Source of the DNA: Cirrosporium novae-zelandiae
Lineage: Eukaryota
Direction of reading: 5' to 3'
DNA: 64,000 nucleotides
Assembly: GCA_026023565.1 (NCBI GenBank)
Contig: JAPETS010000011.1
Location: forward strand, 310,001-374,000
Shown here in pieces: positions 29,108 through 42,185 of this stretch; positions within the stretch are counted from its first letter, which is position 1, and the number at the start of each line of letters is the position of its first letter. The notes under the pieces are model-generated. The model ran no database searches, was not told where the DNA came from, and was given only the letters and a program-made list of their open reading frames with translations. Made by a program: the position numbers and the translations under genes.

Positions 29108-32100
29108 GTTCTGTACTAAAGAATAAATTAGGCCGTTGATGAGAGCGGGATTTTTCCGCTAAGACTAGAAAGGAATGCGGACTACTAGGGTTGACTTTGG
29201 AATGAATAATATTCTGCTCTCTTTTCGTTTCACAAGCTAAAACCAAGGTGCTTCTCTTATATTTAGGTATTCATACTATGTATAGACAAGCAAATGGTTC
29301 TCAGATAGCAATATATCTATATACAAGGTTTTTAGCATTTATAATATGCAAACGTTCATTATTCTAGCGGGAAGAATGTAGCCAGAGCTAGATTAATTAT
29401 AACCCAACTCCGAGGAAAAAGTTATTGAACGTTCAAGTAAAGTGATGGTAACCATAAGCATGTAACACAACCTTTTCGTTAGACTCGGGTTTTTATTCCA
29501 ATTCTGTGGGTTGAGGTATTTGATATTGTTAGGCAATAGACAGAAGTAAGCAGCCATGCCGAGAGTCTGAAAGTTAGAAGGGATTAGTCAAGTCGAGTAT
29601 CTACTTCACCGGGCTGAGTTTTGAGGAATGCGCCCTTAGGGCAAGAAGGCTCTTTGTGGGGATGGTAAGAACTGGTTGAATTTAAATTCGAGGGGTTCCT
29701 TTCCCTACACCGCTTCCGTTTGTATGGGTAAATTTTGATGTATTTCACACCACGTGGAGACAAGATGAACCGTAGAAAATCCCTAGGGATGCTGGTGCTG
29801 AAGAAAAGTAGAAGGTGTTTGTGAGAAGCATAGACACAAGAGTTTCATCCCTCTAGATGAGAAGGGTATCAGTTTCCATTGTAGGAGAACAAGATTATGA
29901 CTGACTCCCTCCAAAACCTACCTATACATCACATGTCCAAGGGTCCTCTAGGCTTCAGAATAATTCATCACCATCCTCAAGATCAAGAAAATATGAGTAA
30001 GTTCGTAGAAGGCATGGCATAGCGAATAAAGATGACTCATTCTTCCGAGATCTTTCTTCATGACGAATCAATACCCAGCCACTCCAGTCAGACTTCTTTC
30101 CTGTCGGTTTATTTCCACGTATTACCATTCCCGGACTAGAGATGGTAGAAACATAATCATTCAAACACAGGGCGTAGCAGCAATAGACAGCACACGTATT
30201 TATCATGACATGTCTTTTATATGTCAGATAGATGTAGAAGCGGTAGACGACCTCGTTTCCTTCAAGTGGCTTAACAGGTTAGGGGCGGAAGGTTTCCACG
30301 TTGATTGTGGATCGTATAAGCGGGTGAAGTGTATTACATCTTCATGCCCGACATATCTCGTCAGGGACAGAGCGCGGGTGTACTTTTAGCAATAAGATAG
30401 TTAGGCACAATTATCCGGTTTGAGTTATCGCTGTTGGGAATCACGGGGTTGTTATGATTGGTGATGTATAAGCCGGAGATAGCATGGAGAATTAATTAGA
30501 TAGAGTTTATACGGCCGACGTCATCCGCATCCTGGCCAAACAGACTTAAGTAAGGCGGTGGTATGTTGGTCCGATACGAAGATGGAATGATTTGGAATAA
30601 TACGGAAATTGCAAGAACATGCGAACGCGAATGCGAAGAGTAAGGATGAGTGAGAAAAGAGATGATGGTTTTATTTTTATCGTTATTTTTTTGTCAGTCA
30701 AAAAAAGTCCTTGTCAAAGGAAAATACACGGTAAATAAAATAATTAAGTATCTGATGGTTTGTAATTTTGGGTGTTGGCACTTGACCTGCAACTGAAAGG
30801 ATGAAAAATAATTGATATAACTACTAGTTGATATGTAAGAAACTATGATCGATGACTCCGTGCAACTTGGGTCTTAAATACTTTGGAATTATTGTTTAGT
30901 TTTAAAAGATACTGAACTGTCTATTGACTCGAATCAGGTCAGCTTCTTGTGCTTGAACGCCGAGATACTTCTGATGGTTTTGTGATTACCAAAGTATTGC
31001 GTATATTTTAGTACACCCGGTAACTGTGTACACATCAGATCATTACTCGATACGATTCTCTCCGACACAGTTGTAAAACAAAGCGAAAGCTAATGGGCAA
31101 TTTCTCCATTAGGAAGCTCACAATCAGAGGATCAAAGTAAAATATATACCGTAGGATATTAATATTTGCCTCCGCTGATCGTCGTGAATTCATTTTTGTA
31201 TTTTGTAAAGGATAACATTTATGATACAACTGCCGACCGCCGGTATTAGGGTTTATGAGCCAAGAAGCTCGTGCAAAGTGTCCAATATCACCCAACGGTG
31301 GTGATATCGAACGGAATGCTGCATCAGTGTCTGCATCAATGTCACAAAATACACCTTAACGGTTTGAAATATTTTACTGATGATAAGATAATCAGTCCGA
31401 CAACTATCCCGAAAGGTCCTCGCAACGGGTACACAAAAGGAAGCATAATGGAACTAAGCATAAATTGCTGGGAAGCTTGGTCCGTTTTTTCGGGATTATT
31501 TATGGAGTAGCTGAATATATGAGATTGAATAGAAATCCAAACGAAAGATATAGGAGCCGGATGGTTTGAATGCATTGGACAACGTGGCAGAACAGCTCAG
31601 ACATCTTAGACAGCTGCATCGTTGGAACTTGGACAGCTTACCACCCACAACTCGACGGCTGGAACGTTCGGGTCACAGACTTTTAAAAAATGTTTTTTTT
31701 TTCTGTCAAAGAGCCATGTTCTAGGAGTGCCTGAGGCCCCCGGTTATCGCCGGGAGGCGTAGCCCTATTTGCTGCCCTAAGATAACTAGCCGTTGCTAAG
31801 AATGTTACCCTGAAATTTCATGGATGCTGCCGTTGGGACGAGAACAAGACGATCAAAAGCCACAAGTCTGGGTTTGTTTGAAATTTTTTCCGTTCTTGGG
31901 AGCCTGGAGCGTTGGACTGCTGCAATGAGACCCGGCTATATGCGCAGTAATCAATTATCTATGTATTGGTGAGGGTTCCGCTTCCTCCCGCCAATTGTGC
32001 AGTAGCACTGCACAGCCATGTCGATCAGAATTATAGTAGGAACGAAAATATAGAATTACCAACTAATGGAAAAAAGGTGCTGACCGATTAACCCATCAAT

Positions 32101-34573
32101 CGAATAGCATCCCGACTTTATCGCCGCGGAAGTTCAGGGACCACGAAATAGTCAGCTTGAATGGAGTTGTCCCCAGGAACACAGCCAGGGATCTTCAGCC
32201 TCTTCCGCGTGAGGCTCCAATTTTCTTTTGGAAGGAGATGGCGTAGATCTGTGGCTTGACCCAGCTGTTATCAAGATTTAAGGTCATTCAGAACTTAACC
32301 TCAGGCACAATGATTGAGGATAGCCTATAGCCTAGCACTCCTAGTAAACATGTCTTCTTCTGATGTTAGACTATTGGACTAGATACTGCTTCTCCCATCG
32401 GCCTCTCCGAATTTCAAATCATATCCATCAGCTGATCTGAAGAAGATCAGTCAGAAAGAAGGTGCGCCACTTCCCGGAAGTAAAAAGAATTGATTATTTT
32501 ATACTGACTCAGTAAATGAATGACATGGTTTAAAAGCGCCGAACTGGTATTTTCTAAGTGCCGACAACTTTGATCAGCTTGTTAAAGAAGTCTGAATAGC
32601 TACGGGAAGAGACTAAGAGACTACAATATTTTGTTGAGAAGGGACCCAAGGTACTGCTAACAAACCATATTCGGAAATCTCAAATAAGCAATGTCAACTA
32701 TCAATCAACAGGGAAACCATCCCCAATAAGATAAGTTGTAACCCCAGATGATCGGCTCATAAGCCGAGTATGTGCCACAACTGTAATTCAGGCTTCGGAT
32801 CTTGAGACTACCGAGTGTGGCGTGTGGCTTGCTCATGGGATGGTTTCCTCTATCAAGGAAATGGGGGGATGCCCTAGTTACTGTAGTAGTTTAGTAGGCA
32901 GCTGAATAGCCACGAGTCTTTTGTAACAAAGAGTCAAAAAGCAACGGTCAACGCAACACCAGGTGAGGCGCAGCTGTCAAAAGAACGGTTGGGAGTGGCT
33001 GTTTGTGTCCCATGGACCATGATTTCTGGGTTCTTGGTATAACTTTTTTCGGTTGTTGCAGATAAAATAGTTGATTGCTAAGTTGAAGTTGGTGTGAAGA
33101 ATGCCAGCAAAGCATCGCTTGGGAGCCGAGTTAAGAGTTCAAAAGTCTTAGAGTCTAAAAATGGCATACTTAGTGTAGACCCTAGTTAAGGGAAAAAAGA
33201 TTCGTGGGGGAGTTCTAGGTAGATCTGGCCCTGATTGATGCATGGTTCTAGTGTTAAAAAACTCTTTTTTGGCTGGTTACGTTGAAAAAAAAACGAAAAA
33301 AAAACAAGCTTGGTTGTGTGTGGGTACTGTAATTTTTTTCTTCGGTAGGGTTGTAGAATGGGAGAGTAGACAAAAGTGAAAGTGGAAGGGGGGGGGGGGG
33401 AAACCGGAAGTAGACGGGAGATGCATGGAAGAAAAAATCGAAGGTTTGGAAGCTGTATCTATACCGAATTAGGAAGGAATATTCATATTCAAAGGACCAT
33501 TATCTCTATTTTCTAGCCATATCCAATAATATCCAGTTGCATTCCCTCAATTGAGTGTCATTGTGCGTGGGCCAAAGCCCCAAGAAGGTCAAGTCATGTC
33601 CAATTTAGGTCTAGTTCAATAGTAACAATACAAGGACAACGAAAGGGCCAGTACAAGCTCAGTGTAGAAGCCAATGCAAGCCTAATGCAAGCCCATTGCA
33701 GGCCTGCGTTAAAGCCCTGCATAACTAGGCGCAACCATTGATTGGCTGTGGGTCTCACAGGGCTTTTGTGGATGGATGGACAAGACACTTCCTGGATACT
33801 TCGATATGTCATGAACTACGTCATCTTTTTTGTCCAGGACCAGGAAAACTTGATAAAGCTTTCCAACAAAGAAATAATAATAAAGACACTTGCCCTGCGA
33901 GAATTGCCATCGTCATGATTCACTCTGACTATTATTACCCATTCCGATCACACATCCAAATTTTCTTCATTTGCTGACTTGAAGAACAACAACCATTACC
34001 AACAACCAACAACAAACGAAAGAACAAGCATTCCGTCACCCTACAATCATATGTCGGTCGGATCATTCCACCACCTTCCAGAAGTATCAACAAAAAAAGC
34101 CTCCTAGGTATTACCTCGAACGTACCGCACGTAATAAATCTGTATTATTAGTTCGGTCGTTCCAAGGATCATTCTTCAACATTACTCAGTTTTCATCCAA
34201 ATCCAAGGCAGTCATTCAGTCATTTACTTTACTTTTACTCGCACGACTCGGAATCCTAGGCCGAAGTCCGAAGATTTTACCGACACTTTCTAGGGCAACA
34301 ACAAAGTTTGGGTGGTTGACATATATTCTATCCCGGCGAGTACCTTTGACCACCATAAATCGATCGACTCCCGGGTATTTGAATCGAGCATTTGCCACAC
34401 TGCTCGCTTTCACTCATCTTCTAACCCTTCAACCAAACAAAAGCCAACAAACCAAACAAAAAGGTCCTTTTCATTAAAGTCAAATCAAAATCCCATTTCA
34501 AATAGGTCAGCCCGTATTGCCTTGTCTAGCGCATAGACCCGGCGACTCGGATTCCCACTTCTCCCTGACATCC

Positions 34574-36898
34574 ATGCTTTTAGCGCAAAGCTACCAACGG
34601 CATCAACGTCAGCATTATCAACCCTATCAACCCTATCTACTTCCTTCAGATCTCTTGAATAATAGTCTTCCTCAACATCTGCCCAACTCATATCTAAACA
34701 CTACATCATCGTCATCCTCCCCATATTTCCACTCAACGACACCTTTTACAACCTTAAACAACAACCTTCCCAACCTCGAAATACCATCAAGAATCTACAA
34801 CCTACCCGACGACACTCTTCCTCCATTCCAGGCACCAGCATCTACCGACATCTTCGGGTTAAACCCATCGACACTGGAGTATCCTGACATTCAGGTCCAG
34901 CAACATTCACCTCCCTCCTCCGTTCCCTTAGAACATACCCCTTCTTCGTCGTCGACGGCATCGTCCATGATCGCAGAGGGAAACAGCTCCCTTCCCGCGG
35001 CTTCTTGGGATCAAGACATCTCTGGTCCTTTTCTGGGAAGTCCAGTGCGGTTTCGAGGTCAAATTGTTGGACATTTCCAAAAGCCTCGCAGAATCGTGCA
35101 GGGACATAACAGAACGTCCTCTGGTTCATCGGTGGCATCGGCAGGACCGGCGTCACCACTGGATCACACGACGGTCTATCCTCAAATAGCTGACGCCGAC
35201 AACTCTTCATCCAACTTTTATCTCGGGTCAGATCCCTATACTGATCAACCGCCTATTCATTTCCCAAAACCGCTTCCAACTCCGACGCATACGCCTGTTC
35301 AGTCGCTTCTGGCCCAGCCCTTCCAGGACTATGACCAACAGGATGAGCACTCAGTCTTGGCAGTCAAAAATGCAATGAGACAGGCTGGATTTGTACAGCA
35401 GCACGATCACATGGCCGAACAAAATGAGTCACCTGCCTTTACGGCTTCGACTGCCCAATCGGTTTCCAGTCGCGGCATCGACTCGCCCGCCACCCCGCAA
35501 ACCAACGATGGTGACAATACCGAGGCTTATCGGGTGCAAAGCAGCCATGGTGAGAATAATCCTTTTGACATCGATGCATGGATAGATGAATACTTACGCT
35601 CTGATGTGTATATAGAAATAAGACCAAATGTTCCAAGATTTGATCGCACCATGTCGGATGTGTACCAGGATGAACTCTTTAATCCCGCGACCACGTCTGC
35701 GCCCCAGCAACCCACCAAGCCAACTGTCAATATTACACATGCCTCGAATATGAGTAGCCGTACCCTCCTCTCGCCATATCAAAATGTCATTAGCGAGCGA
35801 CTTCGGGATGCAAGGAAAGGTCATGACCGGTCGCACTCTCCTGCTGATCTGCAACCACGAGAGCGCTCGCCATTCCAACCTAGTTCACCGTTTGCGCCAG
35901 CTTCGCCGATGAGGTTACCGTCTGCTGCCCAGCAAAGAGAGCAGCGAAAGACTGAGGCAGCTAATGAAGCATTTATGAATTCGTCGACCGTAGAGGAAAA
36001 CGCACCAAAAACCATTTCTCCCAAAGATGCACTTCTTGAATACCAAGAGCCGGAAGATGGTAGTCGTATGCCGTTATTTCCGCAACCGACACAAGAGGCG
36101 AATTACAACATGAATTTTCACTCGCATAACGGGATCGTTAATCGGGCGGTGGGGGTGAACATGCGAAGCCCGCATCCGCAAGGTTATGGTGCCATGCCCG
36201 GCGACACTCGGCAAAACTCCGAATACCAACCTGCATCGCTTCCTGAACATCAACCTTTCACCTTTGTACCTTCAACGATGTCTCATCAGCCCTCGATGCC
36301 ACAACAAACTCAATATCCTTTCCTCAGTCAAACGAGGCAATATAGTCAGAGTTCTGATCAAACTCAAACACCCGATTTTCCAACCCACCTTACGTCGATG
36401 GAAACGAGTGTTAGCAGCGACAGCGGCCATCACAACTTTGACACGACATCACATCAAGCTCAACCTCCATTTCGTCGTCCCTCCGACACGTCCGCCGACA
36501 CCGGTACGTACACTTGCACCTACCAAAATTGTACCCTGCGCTTCGAAACACCTGCCAAACTTCAAAAGCATAAACGCGAGGGTCATCGTCAATCACATCC
36601 TCCTGGGTCATCATCAAATCCCAACGTTCTTGCTCGGAACTCTCAAGCCGGACCACACAAGTGTGAACGCATCAACCCTACAACAGGCAAACCATGCAAC
36701 ACTCAGTTTAGTCGCCCATATGATCTTACGCGACATGAGGACACAATACACAATGCAAAAAAACAAAAAGTACGATGTCATCTATGCACAGAAGAGAAAA
36801 CATTTTCGAGAAATGATGCGTTGACAAGACATATGAGGGTTGTGCATCCTGATGTTGACTGGCCTGGAAAATCAAGGAGAGGAAGAAGAGAAGAATAA
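34574..36898 (+). CDS. RPN4: Rpn4-like C2H2 zinc-finger transcription factor (proteasome/stress regulator family)
   Basis: First in-frame ATG at 34574. Three C-terminal fingers, including HKCERINPTTGKPCNTQFSRPYDLTRHEDTIH and CHLCTEEKTFSRNDALTRHMRVVH, matching the Rpn4 FSRPYDLTRH / KTFSRxDALTRH signature. Possible in-frame intron 35550-35615. Confidence 0.85.
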   Translation: MLLAQSYQRHQRQHYQPYQPYLLPSDLLNNSLPQHLPNSYLNTTSSSSSPYFHSTTPFTTLNNNLPNLEIPSRIYNLPDDTLPPFQAPASTDIFGLNPSTLEYPDIQVQQHSPPSSVPLEHTPSSSSTASSMIAEGNSSLPAASWDQDISGPFLGSPVRFRGQIVGHFQKPRRIVQGHNRTSSGSSVASAGPASPLDHTTVYPQIADADNSSSNFYLGSDPYTDQPPIHFPKPLPTPTHTPVQSLLAQPFQDYDQQDEHSVLAVKNAMRQAGFVQQHDHMAEQNESPAFTASTAQSVSSRGIDSPATPQTNDGDNTEAYRVQSSHGENNPFDIDAWIDEYLRSDVYIEIRPNVPRFDRTMSDVYQDELFNPATTSAPQQPTKPTVNITHASNMSSRTLLSPYQNVISERLRDARKGHDRSHSPADLQPRERSPFQPSSPFAPASPMRLPSAAQQREQRKTEAANEAFMNSSTVEENAPKTISPKDALLEYQEPEDGSRMPLFPQPTQEANYNMNFHSHNGIVNRAVGVNMRSPHPQGYGAMPGDTRQNSEYQPASLPEHQPFTFVPSTMSHQPSMPQQTQYPFLSQTRQYSQSSDQTQTPDFPTHLTSMETSVSSDSGHHNFDTTSHQAQPPFRRPSDTSADTGTYTCTYQNCTLRFETPAKLQKHKREGHRQSHPPGSSSNPNVLARNSQAGPHKCERINPTTGKPCNTQFSRPYDLTRHEDTIHNAKKQKVRCHLCTEEKTFSRNDALTRHMRVVHPDVDWPGKSRRGRREE

Positions 36899-38770
36899 TT
36901 GAGTGGAAATGATGGAATGATAGATGTTTTTGTTGTCCTGTCTTCGGAAGGATAACGGTGAGACACGGAGAACGTGTCGTACAAACTGAATGAAGATCAA
37001 TGGGGTCGAATCGATTGCATTATACCTGGGATGGCAGTTATCATTTGGTCGCCCGAGTCACATGGGATTTCATCTGGTCTTGGGGATCTGTACTATCATC
37101 ATCTTTAGCAGCGGCGGCATCCATTATCAGCATTTGCAACCTGGTCATTTTCTTTGTGGGTTTGTGGGTCTCTCGTGTCATAAATTTGAAGTTTAGCGAG
37201 CGAACCTTGGGAGAGGAAACCAATTTATTGGAGGGAAGGATGGACTTTTCGGAATTTCTTTTGTACCTTGGTATATATGGTGTTTCTTTTCTTTTCTTTT
37301 TTTTGGCGGTCCCTTTTCCGGTGATAACCAATGTGTGATGGGATGAAAATGAAAAATGGGTACGGCAAAAGTTGAATGGGTACGACTATGACAGAAAAAA
37401 TGTGTTTCTTGCTTGCATGGAAGGATAGCGATCTAAAACGACTTGCTTGGCAAAAATGCAAAGCAAAAATGGAAGAAAGACGGATGGTGGTTACCTTGTT
37501 TGTGTTTTTATTATCTTTTTCTTCTTCTCTATCTTGCCTCTAGGCATTTAATATCTTTTATTTCTCCCATTTCCTTTTTTGTTTTTTGGTGGAGTGTACC
37601 AATAGAACGAAGAGCATCACTTGAAAGTTTTTTATGCGTATTTATGCCCCCCATGTTAACGTATTCGCATACGTTATGGGGAGGACGGGAGGCAAGGCGG
37701 CTGGGCTGGGCTGGGCTTTTATTCCATTGTCTTTTTTGATTGAAAAAAAAAGACACAAAATATGTGTATAACTTATTAACTTAATTAGCTCTCTCTTTTT
37801 TCTTCTTCTCTCTCTCCATCCTGTCGCAGAATGGGATGGGGATGATTGTTTTTGTCTGAAGAAGAAAAAAAGAGAGAGAGAGAGAGCGGATGATGGATGA
37901 GGGAAAGATAGGAATGTCAAAGGACGATGATGATTATTGGAATGGGAATGGAATGAAAGTTGTATTTTTGAGATGTGTATGTGTGTTCTTGAATCTTGGA
38001 AATGTGTATTATGAATGAGAGAATGAATAAATTGAGAGAATGAAAGCTTGTATTAATTAATTTTATACTATCACAATCTTTATCTACTATCCCCCCATTC
38101 TATCCTGAAAGAATGAGAATGAAAGCAAGAGAAAATAACTTTGTATTATTGATATACTATCCCTCTCTAAACGAACTTGGTTTGAAACTTTCTTCTTGGG
38201 GACGTATATATATCCCCATACATATATAACCAACTAAGGCACTTCGATAATAACAATAATAACACGAAATTTTGTTTTGTTGTTGTTCTAACTACCTTCA
38301 CATATAGTCTAGATATATCTTTTTTAGATATACATATACACTTTCTTTCCTAATAGGTCCATTCATTGGTAGATTATACTATATTAGCTTCTCCCCCCTC
38401 CTTTTTTTTTTGAAAGAAAGAAAAAGGGAAAAGGGAAAAAAAGAGAGGGGGATAAGATCGCTATAGGTACCTTTTTAATGAATAAATAAATAAATAAATA
38501 GAAAGAAAAATTTGTGCTGTTGTTTTGTTTGTTGATCTGTTTGTTTGTTAGGGGTAGTTAGTAGCAGTAGTAGGAGTAGGAGTAGGGCGAACTGATTTAT
38601 TTACCTAGGTACCTAGCTCGGAATTCGGAATGGGGATGGGAATGGATAGTGATAAAGGAATCAGAGAATAAGGAATAAAAGAAGAGAGAGGTTGATCTGG
38701 TCCATGGTCCATGTCTGTTTCATTCCATATCTATTCTATTCTATCCGTTCATCTCCTCCTAAAGACGTAT

Positions 38771-39083
38771 CCATCTATCTATCCATCTCCATCTCTATAT
38801 CTATATTCATCTCCATCTCTATATATATATCCATGTCCATGTCCATCTCTATATATACATCTATGTCCATGTCCATCTCTATATATATGTCCATATCCAT
38901 CTCTATATCCATCTCTATATCCATCTCTATATCCATCTCTATATCCATCTCTATGTTCATATCAATCTCCATCTCCATCTCCATCTTCATCTCCATCTCC
39001 ATCTCCATCTCCATCTCCATCTCCATCTCCATCTCCATCTCCACCTCCATCTCCATCTCCATCTCCATCTCCATATCCATCCC
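38771..39083. repeat. Degenerate hexamer/12-mer tandem array (ATCTCC / ATATCCATCTCT), about 310 bp
   Basis: Direct reading. It produces the spurious ISIS / SPSP / MEME ORFs. Confidence 0.95.
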
Positions 39084-39552
39084 TATATAAATATAAACAT
39101 AAATGTGAATGAAAGGGTGTTGTTTGTATGTTTGTTTGTAGGAATTTTAGGGATTATATTTTGTAATATGTAAATATGTGAGGGAGGGAGGGGGGTGGTA
39201 GGATGGTGGGAAGGTAAAGGTTGAAAGAAGTCGGGCTTTGGAGTGTAGCTGGTTTATGGGTATGGTTGTGGTTGTGGTTATGGTTATGGTTATGGGTTGT
39301 GAGATTAGGTGGGTGGTTTTTGGTTAGGGAGTGGGATTGGGATGGATGAGAGAGAGGGAGAGGGTTATTTGGTAGTAGAAAGTACATGATAGATAGATAT
39401 ATCTTGTAAGACTCCCCTTTTGCTTTGCTTTGCCGGTCATGACTAAACCTAGAAAAAAAAAACCTTAGATTAATTCCGCGTGGGGACAAATAAACCTCGC
39501 CACATAGAATATTTAACATACAAGTAAAACAACGCACACAAGAGCTATTTTT

Positions 39553-41009
39553 TCATGACCGAGAATCCGATTTTCCTTCAACAACGGAAGAAGAAGAAGA
39601 TATGACCAACACCGGAACACCTTCAATCCCTTTAACTTTCTTCCCTTCTAAAAATGCCATTATACCCCCGACGCCGGCAACGGTACATCCCAAGGCCACG
39701 AATAGTCCCGTCGACCATGAAGGGCGATCATATCTATTCAACCCCCACATGAACCCCGAAAGAATAATTTGGAACACCGTATTCAGGACGTACATCCAGA
39801 TGAGGAAATCGAGTTTCCACAGCGCTGTCGGTGGGGCTCGGATACCGGTGGGTGGTGGGTTGGGGGCTTTGGTTGCGGGGATGGGCACCGCGGGGTTGTC
39901 GCTGAAGATGGCGTCTGAGCTTCTGTTTTCTATGTCCGAGGAAAGCTGGACGGGCTTGTCGGGGGGTAGTTGGTCGCTGCCGGGGAGTCGGAACCAGTCG
40001 TTGTGGATACCTGCTAGTTTGCGCAAGGCGCCATGTTTCCCCTGGATTCGGAATTGGAGGGAGTAGTATAAATCGCGGAAGCGCCATGGGATCAGCCCGA
40101 AGCCTGTGACACAGAATAGGGCGTTGAGGATTTGCGAATCTATTTCGATCCAGACGCGGCGAGGAGAATTGATGTCGTTGCAGGTTGGATGGCACATGGC
40201 GGGCGCGACATTGAGTAAAAGGAAGAAGATCATTGCGCCCCAGGCGACAACGTTTAGACCGTATATGGTTACGATGAATCCGAAGGGTGTTAGGAAAAAC
40301 TTCCAAAATGAGCGGAGGCCTATCGATATGGATTCCTTCCATGTATGCTTGGGTGGGAATTTATAGCCGTTGGGGTAAACACCGTTTTCGTCTGGGCCAG
40401 TCTTTAATTCTTTTTGAGGAAGGTCGGTGCTGTCTTCTCGACTTATATCTGTTCCTCTATCTGAAAATGATGGAAAGACTTCTGTTTCTGTTTCGTCTTG
40501 TTGTATGACGGGACTTGGATCACCAAGAAGGGCTTTAGGAGCAGCATTTTCGGCAGCATTACTAGTTGATGCATGCTCTGATATTCTTCTTTCCGATATG
40601 TATTCCGTGTTGGGATTGTTAATCTGATAAGGAAATGATTAGTGATTCCATAACTCTATGACAGAAGGGAAACCATTTCTCAATGTGATAGTAGTTGATG
40701 GCACTTGAGCTCTAATTTCCTTACATTATTTATTGCCAGGCCGTTTCCTCTTCCTGGTCCTGGGGGTTCTGCAGTACTGTTTGCTCGTTGTCTTCTAGCA
40801 TTCCAGCCTTCATTGTCAAAATTTCCGCAACGAATATCGCCCAACGTTGGTGCTCTGGCAATAACAGATCCTGTAGCATGCCACATTCCTAGTGGTGGGG
40901 AGTATTCAAGGACTCTTTCTGAAGCACTTCTTAATCGATTTGTGGTCTCAGAAAATGTACTTCGTCGGAGGGGTGGATGCACATCCGCTGGCGGCGTCTG
41001 GGAATCCAT
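39553..41009 (-). CDS. DUF2985-like fungal integral membrane protein
   Basis: Exons 41009-40725 and 40623-39553. YPNGYKFPPKHTW...FFLTPFGFIVTIYGLNVVAWGAMIFFLL...RRVWIEIDSQILNALFCVTGFGLIPWRFRD...NRYDRPSW. Confidence 0.8.
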
Positions 41010-41642
41010 GGTTGTTATTTATTACTTCAGAGCTACAGTTAAGAATATGGCAAGTAGGAATCAAGACTTGTATGATGAAGTCTTTCGAAAGGCTTGTTGG
41101 CGATGTAAATTCAGGTGCCTAATCTTGGTTTGGATGACGCCTCAAGGTGGTATAAAGTCATTTCTTTCTATAATTAAGCTTCGATATGTATATCGCATTG
41201 TTAGAAATAGTGCTGGATTGTGGGATTGAAGGTATAGCTTCATGGAAAGGAGAGGTGGATTGAATTTCTTGTCCAAAGAAAACAATAGGTTGGGGATGAG
41301 AGGATGCTCCTAACAGAGTAAGCTTCGTTGTTTAGCCTAATAGGCTAAGGGTAAGGTTGAGCGCTTAGCCATTCACACAAAAGATTAGAATTCTGTCAAA
41401 GCCTTCTCCAGAAATCGTATTCGAGATCGTACTCGAGATCGTATTCGTTCTAGGCCCCGGATTTTCCAGTGTATGCTGTACTCGAGTAGGTGTCTATTCA
41501 TTACTGCATGAAACGAAGCTGAGGTCACAAATTTCTGTGGAACCCCACAATCACTGACTTGATCGACAGCTGGGCCAACCCTAGATTCATTTCCACTTAA
41601 CGGTAATTTGCACCACCACATTTGAAATTTAACATTTTCACA

Positions 41643-42185
41643 ATGACCACGCCTCTCGTGGAGCCATCTGCGCTCTCCAACTTTATCAAAGAGTCTTGCC
41701 CGACTTCACTATCAGAATCCGAACAAGTTTACCATCAACTTGCAGTGCACGTTTTACATGATCTTCAATATCAGCACATTTGGTCCAACCTATCCTTACA
41801 CCTTCTGTCTCCTCTTACTGGAGATCCTCTGCCTCGTCCTATAATATCAGGATTTCCACCTAAACGAGTCTACGTCCATCCAGATGAGCAGATCGAGAAT
41901 CTCGACAAAGGTGTTAGGGAAGAAGACTTGCCAAGTGAGCCTGAATGGGTGCTACCAACACAAATACGAGAGAAATGGAGTCTCAAGGCATTTGCTGGAG
42001 TATTCGATGCCATTACTGAGACTCCCCAGGAGCCTATCCGTTCGCTGGATGAGAGAAAAACAAGTGAAAGCAATAGCAAACCACGGAGAGGCGGTAAAAG
42101 AATACTGCTAGCTACTGTCAATGATGATAGCACAATTGTTTATTATATTATTCATGATGGTATCGTGAAGCCACGCCAGAACTAA
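41643..42185 (+). CDS. SEN15: tRNA-splicing endonuclease subunit Sen15 (fungal type)
   Basis: Intronless ORF. VLHDLQYQHIW, PPKRVYVHPDEQ, EWVLPT, and C-terminal KRILLATVNDDSTIVYYIIHDGIVKPRQN. Confidence 0.93.
   Translation: MTTPLVEPSALSNFIKESCPTSLSESEQVYHQLAVHVLHDLQYQHIWSNLSLHLLSPLTGDPLPRPIISGFPPKRVYVHPDEQIENLDKGVREEDLPSEPEWVLPTQIREKWSLKAFAGVFDAITETPQEPIRSLDERKTSESNSKPRRGGKRILLATVNDDSTIVYYIIHDGIVKPRQN

Noticed and set aside
29600..30400. Possible additional decayed gene next to the cluster
   Set aside because: Coding-like composition and short ORFs, but no family motif I can recognise. Needs tblastx.
34391..34398. PACE-like GTGGCAAA (minus strand) suggesting Rpn4 autoregulation
   Set aside because: Single imperfect match, probably inside the transcribed leader, and Rpn4 specificity in filamentous fungi may differ from yeast.
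38692..39112. ORFs of 101-133 aa (ISIS, SPSP, MEME repeats)
   Set aside because: Translations of a hexamer tandem repeat that lacks stop codons.
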